64,000 nt of DNA, taken from Lingula anatina. Taxonomy: Eukaryota > Animalia > Brachiopoda. Below the pieces are notes generated by a model. It was given only the letters and a program-made list of their open reading frames with translations. It searched no databases and was not told where the DNA came from. Every line of letters starts with the position of its first letter. Position 1 is the first letter of the stretch. Positions 63,300 through 64,000 of the stretch are shown piece by piece. The DNA is taken from assembly GCA_051362555.1 (NCBI GenBank), contig CM120640.1, forward strand, positions 48,524,788 through 48,588,787. Reading direction: 5' to 3'. Made by a program: the position numbers and the translations under genes.

Positions 63300-63660
63300 C
63301 AGGCATTAGTACCGTACTCCAACATGAAACCCGTCTGCAGGCATTGATACCTCACTCTAACAGCAAGCCAGTCAGCAGGCATACAGTAGGTATCGTACTC
63401 CAACATCAAGCCCGTCTGTAGGCATTGGTACCGTACTCTAACAGCAAGCCCGTCAGCAGGCATACAGTAGGTATCGTACTCCAACATCAAGCCCGTCTGT
63501 AGGCATTGGTACCGTACTCTAACAGCAAGCCCGTCAGCAGGTATAGGTACCGTACTCCAACAGCAATCCCCTCAGCAGGCATTGGTACCGTACTCTAACA
63601 GCAAACTCGTCACCAGGCATAGGTATCGTACTCCAACATCAAGCCCGTCTGCAGGCATTG
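63300..63660. repeat. Minisatellite with 81-bp higher-order unit (38+43-bp related monomers)
   Basis: GGCATTGGTACCGTACTCTAACAGCAAGCCCGTCAGCA alternates with GGCATACAGTAGGTATCGTACTCCAACATCAAGCCCGTCTGTA; units start at 63340, 63421 and 63502. Confidence 0.9.
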
Positions 63661-64000
63661 ACAAAGCACTCTTGTATGTACATCTAGTTTGTTGTTAGTC
63701 ATTGGTACCGTACACTACTGGCTGGTTGTCAGCCGGCATTGGTCTTCATTTCTCTTACGAATCACAAAAGCCTTATCGCCATACAAGCAAAAGCTCTGCC
63801 ATCACAGTATCTCTCAGAGAAAGGAATGTGTTTGATCAATGATTTAAAATTCATTTGAATGGACATTATAACTTTTTAATCCAAAAGGTGTTTCAAGTAT
63901 ATCAATCATTTTGAAATGGGTTTGTTACTAAGGCAGTTTAGTTCTGATACGTATTTTCGCCAGGCTCTTCTTCAACTGGTATTTAAATTTTTCACTTATT

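Noticed and set aside
63299-63660. Repeat-spacer-like pattern and ORF 63299-63490
   Set aside because: Pure tandem minisatellite with no unique spacers; the ORF is a repeat artefact.

Overview
AT-rich eukaryotic (metazoan) genomic DNA with spliceosomal introns. It is most likely molluscan or another lophotrochozoan, inferred from the Hv-channel subtype and repeat types. Three genes were reconstructed exon by exon by hand. (1) BCKDK, branched-chain ketoacid dehydrogenase kinase: minus strand, 11 coding exons, 839-15251, 403 aa. (2) NCLX/SLC8B1 Na+/Ca2+ exchanger: plus strand, 17 coding exons, 15963-25471, 667 aa, head-to-head with BCKDK. It has two U12 minor introns, one with non-canonical AT-AA ends. 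(3) A voltage-gated proton channel: minus strand, constant exons 29731-38009, with only two S4 arginines and a large His-rich S1-S2 loop, resembling molluscan Hv3. The apparently empty 38-63 kb region holds about 10 short minus-strand segments that run from an ATG to a phase-2 donor. All would splice in frame onto the same Hv exon, suggesting an array of alternative promoters and variable first exons; this is an inference needing transcript data. Repeats include two Helentron-associated (HINE-like) elements with ~146-bp AGGTCA-rich arrays, a PIF/Harbinger-type MITE, a structured double-hairpin dispersed family, a long palindrome and mini/microsatellites. No tRNA, rRNA or CRISPR array was supported.
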